This document shows positions 41,791 through 55,384 of a DNA stretch of 64,000 bases, piece by piece. The translations under genes were made by a program, and so were the position numbers. The number at the start of each line of letters is the position of its first letter. Positions within the stretch are counted from its first letter, which is position 1. Source of the DNA: Octopus sinensis (lineage: Eukaryota); NCBI RefSeq assembly GCF_006345805.1, contig NC_042999.1:103044001-103108000 (forward strand), read 5' to 3'. The notes beneath the pieces were generated by a model that had not been told where the DNA came from, searched no databases, and saw only the letters and a list, made by a program, of their open reading frames with translations.

Positions 41791-42603
41791 ACACGAACAG
41801 TATGTTTTCCATACGAAAAACAAAACAAAAGATAAATGCTTTAAGTCAGACAATTCAATATTCTTGTTATCCTGCTGTACAACATTTGGAATATATTCAA
41901 GCATATAATCCACTATAGATGGCCTTCATTATTGAAGTAATATAATTTTCTATGTTGTATAATAAAATATCCAGCAATTTTCAGTATTATAATAAAATCT
42001 TCACCAAGAACAGCAACTGGTTGGGGGCATTGGGTTGCTAAATTGTTGGGTGGCATTTCTGCTTTTTATCTTCTGTTATACTTAGTGGTTTTCAAAACTA
42101 GCAGTAAACAGAGTTAGTAAGAATTACAAGAATTTCATCAGCATATTGAATCTTTTACTATAACAATTCAATAAACACGTCATCCTCAACGCGGAAGCCA
42201 CAATGTCGTCGCTCAATCTGATGTAAAGAACAGCCGAATGTCCTGAAAATTACAGCTTATCGTCTCAAAAAAGGAACGATAAAATAGTCCAGGACATATT
42301 GATCATGATATCACGGCTTCCTTGTTGTTCATCATAAGTCTGCTCTATTTCGCCCAGCAAGAGGTTAAAAAACATCAGCAATACCAACAGCACAGACACT
42401 AAACCAAGAAAGGCACTTTAACATGATCTATCGACCTGCTAGAAATAGAAGCCCAACTTCCTTCATATCAAATGGAACATGTTGAATAATGTGGTCCTGT
42501 GTACCTGGCACACAGGAATAATCCTGACGGTCACTAATGGAAAGTTTTCATCATAGGACTCCACACACAGAGTTGAGCTCAGGCTAACATTGATAAAAGA
42601 GGC

Positions 42604-42687
<84 letters not shown>

Positions 42688-42717
42688 GTAATAATAATAA
42701 TAATAATAATAAAAATA

Positions 42718-43721
42718 AATGCCCTGATGTAGAACCATGCAGTGGCTCTCGTGGTTCCTGATCATAACTGATTGGAAGTGTTATCATGTACATTGTTTTA
42801 TCTTGGTATAAAAGATAGGCTACAGCAAATATTCTGCTTAATACCACAGATTTGCTTGTCAGTTATTTGACCATAACCAGTTGAGCATGTCCCTTAGTGG
42901 CTGACGATATGTGCATCTCTGATCACGAGCAGAAGTAGTGGGGGAGCATCATAGCTATGTTGAGAGGGATTCTTTGGGGTTTGAATAATTCACCTTTGGA
43001 AACATGGGTGTTTCGTTCAACATCCTTACACAACACTTATTCAGGGACCTTTTGAGCAGAATGGGTTACTCGACCAGAAGAAAATTCTAACTGGGTCCCA
43101 CCTGCAGGGTCATGCGCTGTTTATCTTGACATGATGAGTCCAGAAGCTGGCTACCCGCATGGTTCATGGTCTCAAAAATCTGTCCTACGAAGAAAGGCTG
43201 AGGACGCTCGACCTTTATTCTCTTGAAAAACGCCGCCGCCGTGGTGATCTCATTCTCGCCCACAACATCATAAGCGGAAAGTGTAACCTCTCGAAAGAGC
43301 TGTTCTTCACTCCTGTTCCAGAGCGTCGGCTGCGGGGTCATTCCGAAAAGCTCTACCTGCGACGATTTCATCTCAATCGAAGGAGAGGAGCTTTCTCCGT
43401 CCGGGTTGCGGATCCGTGGAACAAGCTGCCAGACGAGATGGTGAAGATGCCGACGACCGCTTTGTTCAAAGCCTCCCTGGACATCAAGTGGCCTGAACTC
43501 TTTACATGAACACCACCCTGTACTTAACTCCATGTCCCCCTACATGGCCTTGCTATTTGCTTTTGAGCCAAATTAACTAACTAACTAACTAACTAACATA
43601 CATGGTTGTGATGCATGTATCTAGTGTACCCTTATCAGACGGGTAGTCATGATGGGTATACTGGGCTTTGCATATTTTACCCGTGTCACTTCGATGGCAT
43701 GCACTGCTCTCTCAATCAATC
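42718..43721 (+). mobile_element. ~600-bp TAA-embedded non-coding element interrupted by a CR1 insert
   Basis: Starts AATGCCCTGATG after (TAA)n and ends GCACTGCTCTCTCAATC before (TAA)n; homologous to 5964-6501. Confidence 0.82.
43137..43597 (+). mobile_element. CR1/L2-type LINE 3' fragment with (CTAA)n tail, nested
   Basis: VQKLATRMVHGLKNLSYEERLRTLDLYSLEKRRRRGDLI...LRGHSEKL...FSVRVADPWNKLP..., uninterrupted 116-aa ORF. Confidence 0.88.
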
Positions 43722-43753
<32 letters not shown>

Positions 43754-44182
43754 TAATAATAATAATAATAATGACGAAAACAACAATAACAATAATAATA
43801 ATTGTAATAATAATAATAATGAAGAAGAATATAAATATAACGATCTGTTTACAGAATCTTTCTAATGAATGTCGATAAACTGCGCAAAGTAAACATTATT
43901 GTAAATATGCCTAAGGGAAGAAATGTACAGCTGTGATTCATTATTTGATTATAGTCTTTAATATGTTATTAGTTATTGATTAATAATTGATCTTAGATCT
44001 CACTATATTGTTAATGAATGATACAGGATGTAATATCACGCAAAATATATAAAATAATCGAAATAAAAGCAGATACAAAAAAATAAATATTTAAAAAAGA
44101 AAAACAATAAAATCAAATTGCTTTGCTGAATTTGAAGTTGTACATATCTGGATTCATTTGCTGATGGAACGTACAGAGTTGA

Positions 44183-44184
<2 letters not shown>

Positions 44185-44213
<29 letters not shown>

Positions 44214-44345
44214 TGTATGTATGTATGTATGTATGTATGTATGTATGTATGTATGTATGGTGTGTGTATGTATGTATGTATGTATGTATGTATGTATGTA
44301 TGTATGTATGTATGTATGTATGTATGTATGTATGTATGTATGTAT
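44185..44345. repeat. (TATG)n microsatellite
   Basis: Direct reading. Confidence 0.93.
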
Positions 44346-44574
44346 GGATGTGTAATATTTTACAGGTATTTACACCTACATGATTAAAATAGCCACCAAA
44401 TATAATACCAAGAAATAGAGAATGCTATAGTCCATTAGCGATGCAGCCATCATTAATGAGACGCGTGGACACACAGAGACAAAAGCAATATATATAGATA
44501 AACATACATATCACAGATTTACATACATACATATGTGTGTGTTGTATGCATGTATATATGTATGTATATGTATT

Positions 44575-45242
44575 ATGTCAGGTTACTTTCGAGTGCTACT
44601 GGTAACATGTAACCCAGTACAACCTGTTGTATGGTCGGGCCGTCGGCGACTAAACCGGCAACCCCACCAAGCTTGTTTAGTAAGGAGGATGTTTAATGGA
44701 CACCCTGCGGGATGAAAAACAAAACCCGTCAAAGGGCGGAGGAACTCTTGAGAGTCAATGGCCATCCAATACATGTGTATTTTTTTTTAATGCTTAAGGC
44801 TGTATCATGCGCGGGGACATAGAAATAATCGGACTGAATACCCGATCGCGCGGTTAAACCATTGGGAGTGAAGGACTCCTAGCCTTTGTTAGGGCATCCT
44901 TCTAGGAGAATGTAACTCAGGTACCTGGGATAACTCCGACATAAAACCTGCGGCTCAGTGGTTACCGATGATGTTGACTTGTTCTTCTTTTCGGATTATG
45001 ACTGCTGTTGCTTAGTGAGTGGGATTGACTCAGTGCACAGCCTTTCTTCACTTAAAAAAAAAATCTTCTTGCACAGGCATTGCACGATAACATTGTTCAC
45101 GATTGTTGATGGTGCTGTGAGTCTCAACTGAATGGCTGGCTGTAGCCTTAAAAAGCAAAAAAAAGTCACATTTGATCACAGCGCCGATAACAGTTAAGCT
45201 TCGTACAATGGCCATACTCGATAACGAGGGGGCAGCCATCAT
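44575..45242 (+). mobile_element. Non-coding element resembling an RTE-LINE 5' UTR
   Basis: GGGCATCCTTCTAGGAGAATGTAACTC resembles a motif I recall from RTE 5' UTRs; higher GC than its microsatellite flanks; single copy in window. Confidence 0.35.
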
Positions 45243-45339
45243 ATGTATGTATATATGTATATATGTATGTATGTATGTATTTATGTGTATGTATGTATGT
45301 ATTTATGTGTATGCATGTAAGCATATAAATGTAATGTGT

Positions 45340-45660
45340 GTAGATCTATGTAGTTTAGAAGCTTGCTTTCCAACCATAAAACCCCAAGTCCAATCCCACT
45401 TGGGCAAGTGTCTTCTTCTAGGGAAATCTGTCATGTGTGTGTGTGTGTGTGTGTTGCATTTGACTCCACCATAATCGGGGCTGATTTGTTGACGTCCCCA
45501 TGACCTAGCGGTTTGGCAAAAGAGGATGATGAAATATATACCCAACTTAAAAGTAATTCGTACTGGAACCGATTCGTTTCGATTAAGTCCGTCAAGCCGG
45601 TGCCCCAGCATGGCCGCAGTTGAATGGCTGTTGTAAGTAAATGAAATGTTTAATGAAACA
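45340..45660 (+). mobile_element. SINE family 2, degraded
   Basis: AGAAGCTTGCTTTCCAACCA...CTTGGGCAAGTGTCTTCT...GACGTCCCCATGACCTAGCGGTTTGGCAAAAG...CCAGCATGGCCGCAGT. Confidence 0.65.
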
Positions 45661-47269
45661 ACATACACCTCTGATGCCGTTTGACATTCTGTAAGCTTCA
45701 CCTTAACACTATCTGTGGGACTGTATGATCCACTGTAAATGATGTTACATCCTACATGATCGGGCCAAACCTTCCTTACTTCATTAGCTAATCCGAACCA
45801 GGCAAGTTACTCGAGCAGAGCAGAAAATCTTAAATGATGAAAAAAATTTTCCGTAGCAACAATCTTTTTTACTTGCTTTGTGATACATCGTACACTTACG
45901 AACAAGCTACGGCCATAGGATGAGCGAATGTAACTTGATAGTAGAACTTAATAATTTCGATATTTTCATGTGAGATTTATATATTCTTCAACTCTAGGTT
46001 GTGGCTTTAATCCTTTTGCCATTCTTTGTTTCATAGTATAAGAATATGTTGGAAGATGTGGATTTATACAGCCTTGCACGTCGGCCTGAAAATGCTTTCT
46101 TTTCTCCCCAGCTCACGATACAGCCTTATATAATGAAGTTCTTAACTTGTCTTTCTCAAATAAGTGACAACTACCATGAGTGTAGTAGACCTTTGCTTGC
46201 GGCAAAACTCGCTGATTTGTGTTTTATCTCTCAAAAGCAAAATATATTCTGCAAGAGGTTACGTTACACTTATTTCTGCATCAACCTAAACTTACAGGTG
46301 TTTTGGGTTAACTCAATATGTGTTTCTCTCGTACAATCTACCGTTGATACATCCACTCATTATACTATGTTTGCTTAAAGGCATATTACATTCAAACAAC
46401 ACGTAGCCATGAATCTGCAAAAACATTGAAGATGAGCGTTTTTTCTCTCCTTTATTGTTTTTTTTTTATGTTTGGAGATTTGTAATCTATCTTATCTAGG
46501 CAACTTTTACTGCCATTAGAAAGATTTTGTCGAATACCTTGTGATATCCGTATGTAGTAGCGAAATGCATACTGACTATTTCAAAAAGAGTCTAACCCAC
46601 CTTAAAAATTGAATATTAAATGAGGTGCTTCTATTTTTCACTTAGTTTTCTTTGTTTTTGTTTGGTCTGTGAATTTCGCCTTGGTTTCTCTCCCACGCGC
46701 ATATACATGTATGTGTGTGTGTGCGCTTGTGTGTATATTTATATGTATATATGTATTTTATTTTCATTTATACAGTGAATTATACAACATATTTGACTTA
46801 AATGTGTCTGACGCACGTTTCTGCTTCATAGACATCTCGCAAATTGCATTTGCACCCAGTTACATTCATTTGGATATTAGTCTATTCAGCTATAATCCAG
46901 GTCCAGCTACTAATGTGGTCTGAAGCGAACTGAATGTACTCAGGTTTCGAAAAATTATAGTTACCTTTCAAATACAATGATATCGAAACCTAAATGCCCT
47001 TTTGCAGACAAAAAATAATGGTTGGTTATTGTCAACAGATAGAGAATTATATCTGTTGGTTTGTACAGAACAGTGAAAGTGTGGATAGAACTAAACTAAG
47101 CGGCATAGCTTAAATTGTATATCAGTCCAATAATTGATATCGTGAGTTAATTCACTAACGGACCACAGCACCACTTTAATACCATTAAAATAACGTGGGT
47201 CTACAACAAATATATTGCTGGTATATTTACCTTATAGTCTGTGTTTTTTCTTTCTATGCACACATGCAT

Positions 47270-47404
47270 ACATACATACATACATACATACATGCATACA
47301 TACAAGCATACATTCATATATGTATTTATATGTGTGTATGTGTGTGCGTGTATGTGTAGGTATAGCATGCATGTCTCCATATAGATTTATTGTGTGCATA
47401 TATA

Positions 47405-47464
<60 letters not shown>

Positions 47465-47521
47465 TACATGTATGTATGTATATATACAAACATACATGTA
47501 TGTATATATGTATATATATGC

Positions 47522-47566
<45 letters not shown>

Positions 47567-47570
47567 CATA
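47270..47570. repeat. Compound (CATA)n/(AT)n microsatellite
   Basis: Direct reading. Confidence 0.9.
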
Positions 47571-48243
47571 TATATCATCTTTTCTTCCTCCACAATTTTG
47601 TTTCATAATTCACACTAACGCAACATATAATCAATACAACAATTTAAAATTTGAATACATACGCCTTAGTTAACCACATAAACAGAAAATAAAAAAAAAC
47701 TACTAAACATTCAAAGACTTAGTAAAACGAAGTTATTGTAGGATTATGTAAGTTTCATAAGTTTTCTGTCTTTAAATTGTTACCTTCATAAATTGGTAAG
47801 TATGGGCGTAGTTAGTGACATATCGTATTAAAGAAAATATACTGCGTTTAATTTCACATTGAAGTTAGAATTATTATTTTGACTTATGAATGCACTAATG
47901 TATTTATGCATGTATGTATATACAAGCATATACTTATGAAACAGATAGATTAATACGAATATTGATAGACAGGTAGGTACATTAGTACACAAACAATACA
48001 TTGTTATAGGTGAGTGATTATATACATACATATATATGTATGTGTGTGTGTGCACATAAACATACTTCTCTCTCTCTCTCACTCTCTCTGTCTCACTCTA
48101 CACTAACACACATACATATATAGACGTGTATCTATGTAAGAATGTCTAAATATATTTTATTTATAATTTATATATTTACGTTTATACATCTAAGATATAC
48201 ATATGTATATAATGTATGAACAGGCATAATAATAAACATACAT

Positions 48244-48305
<62 letters not shown>

Positions 48306-48635
48306 GCATATATATGTGTGTGTGGGTGTACATATACAATGCATATGTATCTACCTCTGTGTGTGAATTTGTTCTGTCTACTACAAATCTACACGGTGTC
48401 CAATCAATACATTACTTATTTACTTAGTTTACTTTCTTACTTATTTACTAAAATTACATTTCCCCTGTACACACGCTTGTCAGGGAGGTAACATCCATTG
48501 AATTCCCTTCATCTATTTGAGATAGTTTCAAAAGCTCTTCTACGTAAGTGTTAAATTCATTGATTTTACGTACTCTTTACTTTCAAATCAAAATCTCTGG
48601 GAGGTTCAAATTATAAGGGATTGGTCTTCCTTTTC

Positions 48636-48698
<63 letters not shown>

Positions 48699-49029
48699 TC
48701 CTTCTTCCTCGTTTGTCTTTTTTTGTAAGTCCTATGGCTGTATGGTTAAGATGTTCGTTGGTAAACGGGCGTACCGGAATAGAGTTCCACTTTCGTTACC
48801 CAGGAGAAGATATATTTATTTTTTCTATAATAACTTCGAGTAGATTAATAACTATCGAAATGAGGCCTATTAGATAGAATGTGCATATATATATGTGCAC
48901 CTCCCTCCTCTCTCTCTCAGCGTACCTCACAATTTTTTTTCTGACGTTTTTTCTCCCTATGTGAGCAACATAGCCCTCAGGAAAGCCAACTACATGTAAG
49001 CCAGCATAGGATTAAAAATTCAGAGAAAC

Positions 49030-49580
49030 TGGCAGATCGAAGTTTGTGAGACAATAGTTCTTGCATGGAATCTTGCAGAAGGATCACTGTCAAACACTCT
49101 AATTGCAGAGGACCTGAAGAGCTTTGGCTTTCAACGAACTTAAATCGAGAATGAAAAGAATGAGTTAATTCGCTCATGGAGTTACTAAATAAAATATTTG
49201 AAGAGGAGGTGAAAACTCAAAAGGGTGAAAAAGAAACTAGTAAATCAATGGAATCTGAAAAGGGCAAGGGTGATGAAAGGAACAAAACAAAATAGATATC
49301 ACCAACCTGGACAACAGTGAATCCAGGGAGAAGAAAGCAAAGGTTCACCTGGAGAAATTAAAGAAGTCAAAGGCACAAGCAAACAGGCAAGCTGACAATG
49401 GATGTGGGCCCAAGGTGGGTACAAAGACAAAGGGGAAAACGAAAAAGAACTTGCGAAGACAAAGGTTTTGGTAAAAGTAAAGAGAGGGCTAAACCAGTCT
49501 CCAAGTTCTATGCCAAGGTTAGTACCTGTTGGCATGGAGACATTGGGGCAGGGTGTAGATTTCCTCATTCCAAACGCTAT

Positions 49581-49582
<2 letters not shown>
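49030..49582 (+). mobile_element. Decayed ORF1-like fragment (CCCH zinc finger, possible PHD) of a CR1-type LINE
   Basis: ORF 49398 ends KPVSKFYAKVSTCWHGDIGAGCRFPHSKR, like CxFYxxGxCxHGxxGxxCxFxHP; charged linker upstream. Confidence 0.45.
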
Positions 49583-49670
<88 letters not shown>

Positions 49671-50929
49671 GTGTATGTAGGTAAGTATATATGTATTAAA
49701 ATACACCGAAGAATAAATACAGGAGGAACAAGTCTTAAGGAATTCATTTAACGTTTTTATAGAAGGAGAATGTATCACAACGCTTTGGATGTCAGTTCTT
49801 CACCAGAAGAAAGCGAGAATCGTTGAGTGAGTGAAGAAAAGGAATAATGATTGAAAGGCATGTAAAGGGTAAGAGAATACGCAGGAATGTTGCTCTACAG
49901 CGGTAGTTGAGAAGTAAGGCGGGAATAGGCATGTAGATACAAAATATGTTTCCGTACATGGAAGCGAGCACCGGGGAGGATGGCGTTTGAAAGTTAGTGT
50001 GGTGTCAGTATGTGTATAAAGGCGAGCAATTTGGAAGAACGGTGGTGTTGATTATTGGGCGTGTATTGTGTTGGGTTTTGTATGTAATTGTAAGGTAAAT
50101 AGAGTGAGAGTGGTGATGATATTTGCAATGCTATTTCTATCCGCTTGACGTATATGAACATAATTAAATCACGGATTATAATTATTATTTTTGTAATTTT
50201 GAATATATATCCGAATATAAATATCAATGCGAACATCGAAATATTCTTGGACTCTAGCCTTTCATATGCTGAAAAGGCACCTTCAACATGTATAAAGAGA
50301 TTACTATAATCCTCGTTAATATAGAAATGGTTCTGGAAAGATCGTTCGTTCGATAGTTTATAACTGGAAGTCGTTTCCATAGAAGTTAGTTTTCAAATAT
50401 AAATGAATATGAAATAAGATAAAGTCATTTTATTCACATCCATATATTCTAGAGTGAGACGTTAATTAAACTAAAGCACTTATGAGGTTTCTTTTCGTGT
50501 TGGCCGAAAAAAAAACAAATGCGCGGTCATCACCAGATGTAAACCAGTGTGAATTTTATTTGGCATTTATAACCCAAGCAACTTTAACCCTTCAGCACCA
50601 ACAACATATTTCTCCTCCTCCTCCTCATCAATATTGGATCGTAGATTCGTGTTCATCTGAAAATCCTTTGGATAATTAGTTTTAACAGTTTACATTCTGA
50701 GTTCAAAATTATTCGAAGTCAACTTTATTTCTCATCATTCTCAACATTAAAAAACTATTCACGCACTTGGGTTCGGCTGCATCGATATAAATGCCCTCTC
50801 CTACACATGGACCAAACTTAAAAATTATGCTTCAATATTCAAATGTTATTTATTATTAGGACCTGCGGTGTCAACTTTATCAATTAATTCTCCCATAGAA
50901 TGTGTAGTATTGATTATGCTTATATTAGA

Positions 50930-51140
50930 AATTATTGGGCTCGCAGAGACATTAGCACGCCGGACAAAATGCTTAGCGATATTTCTTCCGGTTCTTTACC
51001 TTCTAAAATCAAATTCTGCCGATGTTCACTTTGCCTTTCAACATTTCAAGGTCGATAAAATGAGTAACAGTTGATCGCTAAGATTAATGTAATCAATTAC
51101 CTACTACCCTATAACTAGTCGCTTTGTGTCAAAATTATTA
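50930..51140 (+). mobile_element. tRNA-derived SINE family 1, degraded
   Basis: GCAGAGACATTAGCACGCCGGACAAAATGCTTAGCG...TCAAATTCTGCCGATGTTCACTTTGCCTTTC. Confidence 0.7.
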
Positions 51141-52751
51141 TTATCATTATTGTTTTTGTTGGTATTGATGCTGGAGTTATTGCTATTGTTATATGTTGAA
51201 GTGTTGAATATCTCTAAGTGAACTTACTCTGCGAGGAGAATGATTTTTAACACATTCTAATTTATAAAAGATATTTTTTATTTGTTTCAGATTTAGTAAC
51301 AGCAGTCTCTTTGATCACTTAAAAGTCTATATACCGCATTACGTGGGATGGAAAATAGTTTTTTGCTGATATTTTAAACTGTTTATATATTTCTGACTAA
51401 TAGCCATTTGCAATACTTAGACACGTTGCAAGAATGCCACTTCAAAAGCTTCAGAATGAAGGTGTTCGGCATAGTTATTGATGCAGTAGCCTGAATATAA
51501 ATGCAAATTTGTTTTTTAAACATAAGAATAGATTTCAATTATCAAGCAGATATTGAAAATGTGGAATCTACAAACAAAGCTTCAAGCATAAACGCTTGGA
51601 CAACTGATGATCGCAAAGCGAGGGGTGCTGGAAATATTAATATGAATGTGAAATAGATTGAAAAAGAATGATAACCTCAAAATTTTTTCAATCATATCCA
51701 ACCAAAATTAAAGACGCTGTTGACATGATATGCAAAAAAAAAAAATGACATCATGGTTACAGTTGGAACATGATATTCATCGTGTTGTTTCACTTGGGAC
51801 TCGAAAACAGCAACATTCTATTATTTGTCAACTTCGTACTCAGGAGCCACTTGCTTTGAATGAGCTCGAGCAAAATGTGCAGGAATAGTCGAGATATCTT
51901 ACGAAGATCTATGTCTCCCTACAAGACGAGTGCATCCAGAAAAAGAGACCAGGTAGTTGACATAACTTGATTTTCAAAAAATTACGTAGATTCACATATG
52001 ACTTCGAAAAGGGCGTTGGAGAAAATCCTGGCCGTTCAGTCACCGGATGTCAACTCCTACGACCAAGGCAGAATATATTAAAACGTGTGTCTACCATCTT
52101 TCTTTTTTAAAACCTAGGTGAAAACTAGCAGCATGTAAAACAGGTGTACAATATATCTTCTCGAATACTAGTTGCTTATTACAAGAATTTCAGGAACATT
52201 ACAGTATCCAATACAGCATGCAAAAGGATGGGATTTGTATGGAAATCCAGATTCTAACGAACCAGGTATTCTACATCATTAGGGACCGGAGAAAAGATCA
52301 ATCAGACTTCGGTGTAGCGAAGAAGGCCAATGATTACACATGTGGTATTAAAGGCCACTTAAGTTTCATCTGTATAGATGAGGAGAAACGACAAAGGAAA
52401 AGAAAGTGTGGCAGAAAGCAGCGGAGTTAGTAGCAGCATCAACAACAGCAACAAAATCAATAACAACAATAGCAACAACAAAATCGACAACTACAACAGC
52501 AAGTAAATACTCCCTTGAGATGGAAACTATGGATCTATTACCTCCGTTCTAGCTGACATGGTCCATTCTGAAAGGATATGAGCAGTTTCCTGTTTTATCA
52601 AATTCGAATATGCTCAATTATTCGAATATGCTGAAAAGAAATACACTTTTCTTATCGGTCAAAACCAATTCAACTTTTTTAAGTTTCACTGAAATTGTTG
52701 CGGCTGCTACTGCTGTTGTTGCTCCAGCTGCTGTGCTACTATTACTATCAA

Positions 52752-52804
<53 letters not shown>

Positions 52805-53994
52805 ATGCTATTGATGTTGTTGTTGATGCTGCTGCTACTGTTACTGTTTCTGCATATTGAAGTCAATGGGCGCCTCTAAGTAAGCTCCGCGAAGCAAGTA
52901 ATTTTTAACCGTTCCAGTTTTACTGAACGTAGGCCTGCTGATTTATGAAGACCTTACCACATTACCTAAAGGAGATGCAACATTTATTTTTTTTATATTG
53001 AGATTGTTTACACACTTTTGGCAAATAACAATGTTAACACGCTTTGCAGTAATGAACAATTCCGGACTAGCAGGAAGGATGTTTACCACAGTGATGATAG
53101 CAGGAGACACACTATCAGAAGATAAAAAGAAAGAAAAACAACTGCAGATTGTTTTCGAACGAAAGAACCGATTTATTAAAAACAGCAACAACAACAACAA
53201 AAACCCAACAGAAACAACACACAGGCAATAAAAATGGAATATAAATAAAGAGCTTTAAGCTTAAACCGTTATAGTTAGACTTGTAAAATGGAAGGCACAA
53301 AAATGAATAGGTTTGAAAATATCCATTTAGATGGAAAAATCAATACGAAGAGTAACAGCAAAGATAACTTTTCATTTTTTTTTTCAAACATTATGGGTCG
53401 AAGCAAGTGACTCTTCCTCAGCTATCTCAGCTCAATGAGAAGGAGTTGTGGGAGGGGTATGTCACAAAAGACGTTCGTGACCGACAAAACGATGAGGGTG
53501 AAGGTAACAAACCATAGAGGAGCTTTTAATCATATATGCCCACAAGAGAAGATTTGTAGGAAGTTTTAGTTGATATACGATAGGGTATGTGATCCATTAA
53601 TCGGGCAGGGGTTTAAAGTGTGCAGCTGTTTAAATTGGAGAATCAACGGTGGAGTAGGTTGTGTTGTATGCGTTACAAATCTATCCTGAGGCTGGTTTCC
53701 AAATACAAGAATTTTAAGAAAAGCGAAGAATTAAGTCCTTATCTCTCTTTGTTTACACGATCTATAAACGTCTTAACATAAATGGTTTCATGTCTCGAAT
53801 AAAATTACTCCTCCTCCTCTTCATCATCATCATCAGAGGCAGCATCACCACCAGCACCACCAACAACAACACCGACACCACCACCACCACTACCACTACC
53901 ACCACTACCACCTCTACCACCACTCTACCATCACCATCATCACCGTCGTCGTCAGCGTTACCATGATCATGATGGTCCTCATTATTATTATGAG

Positions 53995-54960
53995 TCGAAG
54001 CTTTTTCACTGGTAGATGCTATACCGACACTATACCAAAAGAGCGAAACATCAAATGGCCAAAGGTCCTATGAGTCATTACTTCCCCTCGTTAGAATCTT
54101 TGCTGTTCGTAACAAAGCTGTCTTTTGCAACAGTTCCATCCTGATTATAATTCCTAGCTTCTTAAGTTATGCATTCAACCTTTTACAAAATGCTCCCAAT
54201 GCGCCAACTACAATCGGTACGACTTCTAAGTACCCGGTTCTCCATAGTTTCCCGATTTCCTTCCCCAGCTCTCGGTATTTCATTCACTCTATGGTCCGAC
54301 AGTGAAACAATATCCACAATAATTGCTTTATTCTTCTTTTCTTCGACCACAATTTCATATGTTCTAGCCACGATAAGATGGTCACTCTGGATGGTCATGT
54401 CCAACAAGGTCTTGTATTATTCGGTTTCAACAACATTTTCCATTTGGTGATCATAGCATTTTTCATTTCTGTTCATGCCATACATATGACGGAGCTTCCA
54501 AGAAACCAATCTGGCAATGTTGTCGTGTCTTCTCTTCTACTCTTTCTGTACAAGCATCTTACATTCACTAATAATATGGTTTATTGTTTCAGTTTTCTCA
54601 CCACACAGCCTAGAAAGTGGGAGAGTCACTGACTTGTCAATAATGAAGTTGAAATAGTTTGTCCTCAGTGCCTGTTCTTGGACTGCAATAATAAGAGCTT
54701 TGGTTTCAGGTTTTAAGTCGATTTTACTCGTCCATTCCCAGATATTATCTTTGTCTACAGTGTCAGACATTTCCTGCAAGAATTAGTCATACATTCTTTT
54801 CCCTTTCTATATATTCAAGGTGTCTTTCTATCTGTCTTGTTCAAATTTTCCCTTTTTCTTTGCTTCTTCACTGATTAGGACTTTTATCTCTCTTACTCCT
54901 GCCATCAATCTCGCCTTTGAATTCTTTACACACTAGTCCAGATTATTTTCCTCAGACACA
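53995..54960 (-). mobile_element. R4/Dong-type LINE, decayed 3' part
   Basis: WEWTSKIDLKPETKALIIAVQEQALRTN...LC..KTETINHIISEC..LVQKE; RLE remnants; KKLGIIIRMELLQKTALLRTAKIL; ends at (TAA)n. Confidence 0.8.
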
Positions 54961-55063
54961 TTTCAGTGTTAATGAGACCTCCGCCTCTTTGTCGGGGTAG
55001 ATACAACCTTTTATTTTTATTATTATTATTATTATTATCATTATTATTATATTATTATTATTA

Positions 55064-55131
<68 letters not shown>

Positions 55132-55164
55132 TTATTATTATTATTATTATTATCATCATCATTA

Positions 55165-55300
55165 TGATTAAGGTGGTGAACTGGCAGTGTCTTTCATCCT
55201 TTCGGGGTCGATAATTTACGTACCAGTGAAACACTGGGATCGATCTAATCGACCAGCACCCTCATCCCAGATTTCAGACCTTGTGCCTTTGGTAGAAAGA
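55165..55300 (+). mobile_element. SINE family 1, internally deleted, between (TTA)n tracts
   Basis: AAGGTGGTGAACTGGCAG joined to CTTTCATCCTTTCGGGGTCGATAA...CCTTGTGCCTTTGGTAGAAAG. Confidence 0.7.
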
Positions 55301-55301
55301 C

Positions 55302-55337
<36 letters not shown>

Positions 55338-55384
55338 TATTATTATTATTATTATATTATTATTATTATTATTATTATTACACG

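Noticed and set aside
41510-41908. Poly-His / poly-Ser-Pro ORFs
   Set aside because: (CAT/CAC)n microsatellite with no flanking coding context or splice support.
49770-49820. Second hammerhead-like motif on the minus strand (CTGGTGAAGAACTGACATCCAAAGCGTT)
   Set aside because: Several core and stem positions deviate; at best a heavily decayed pLTR remnant.
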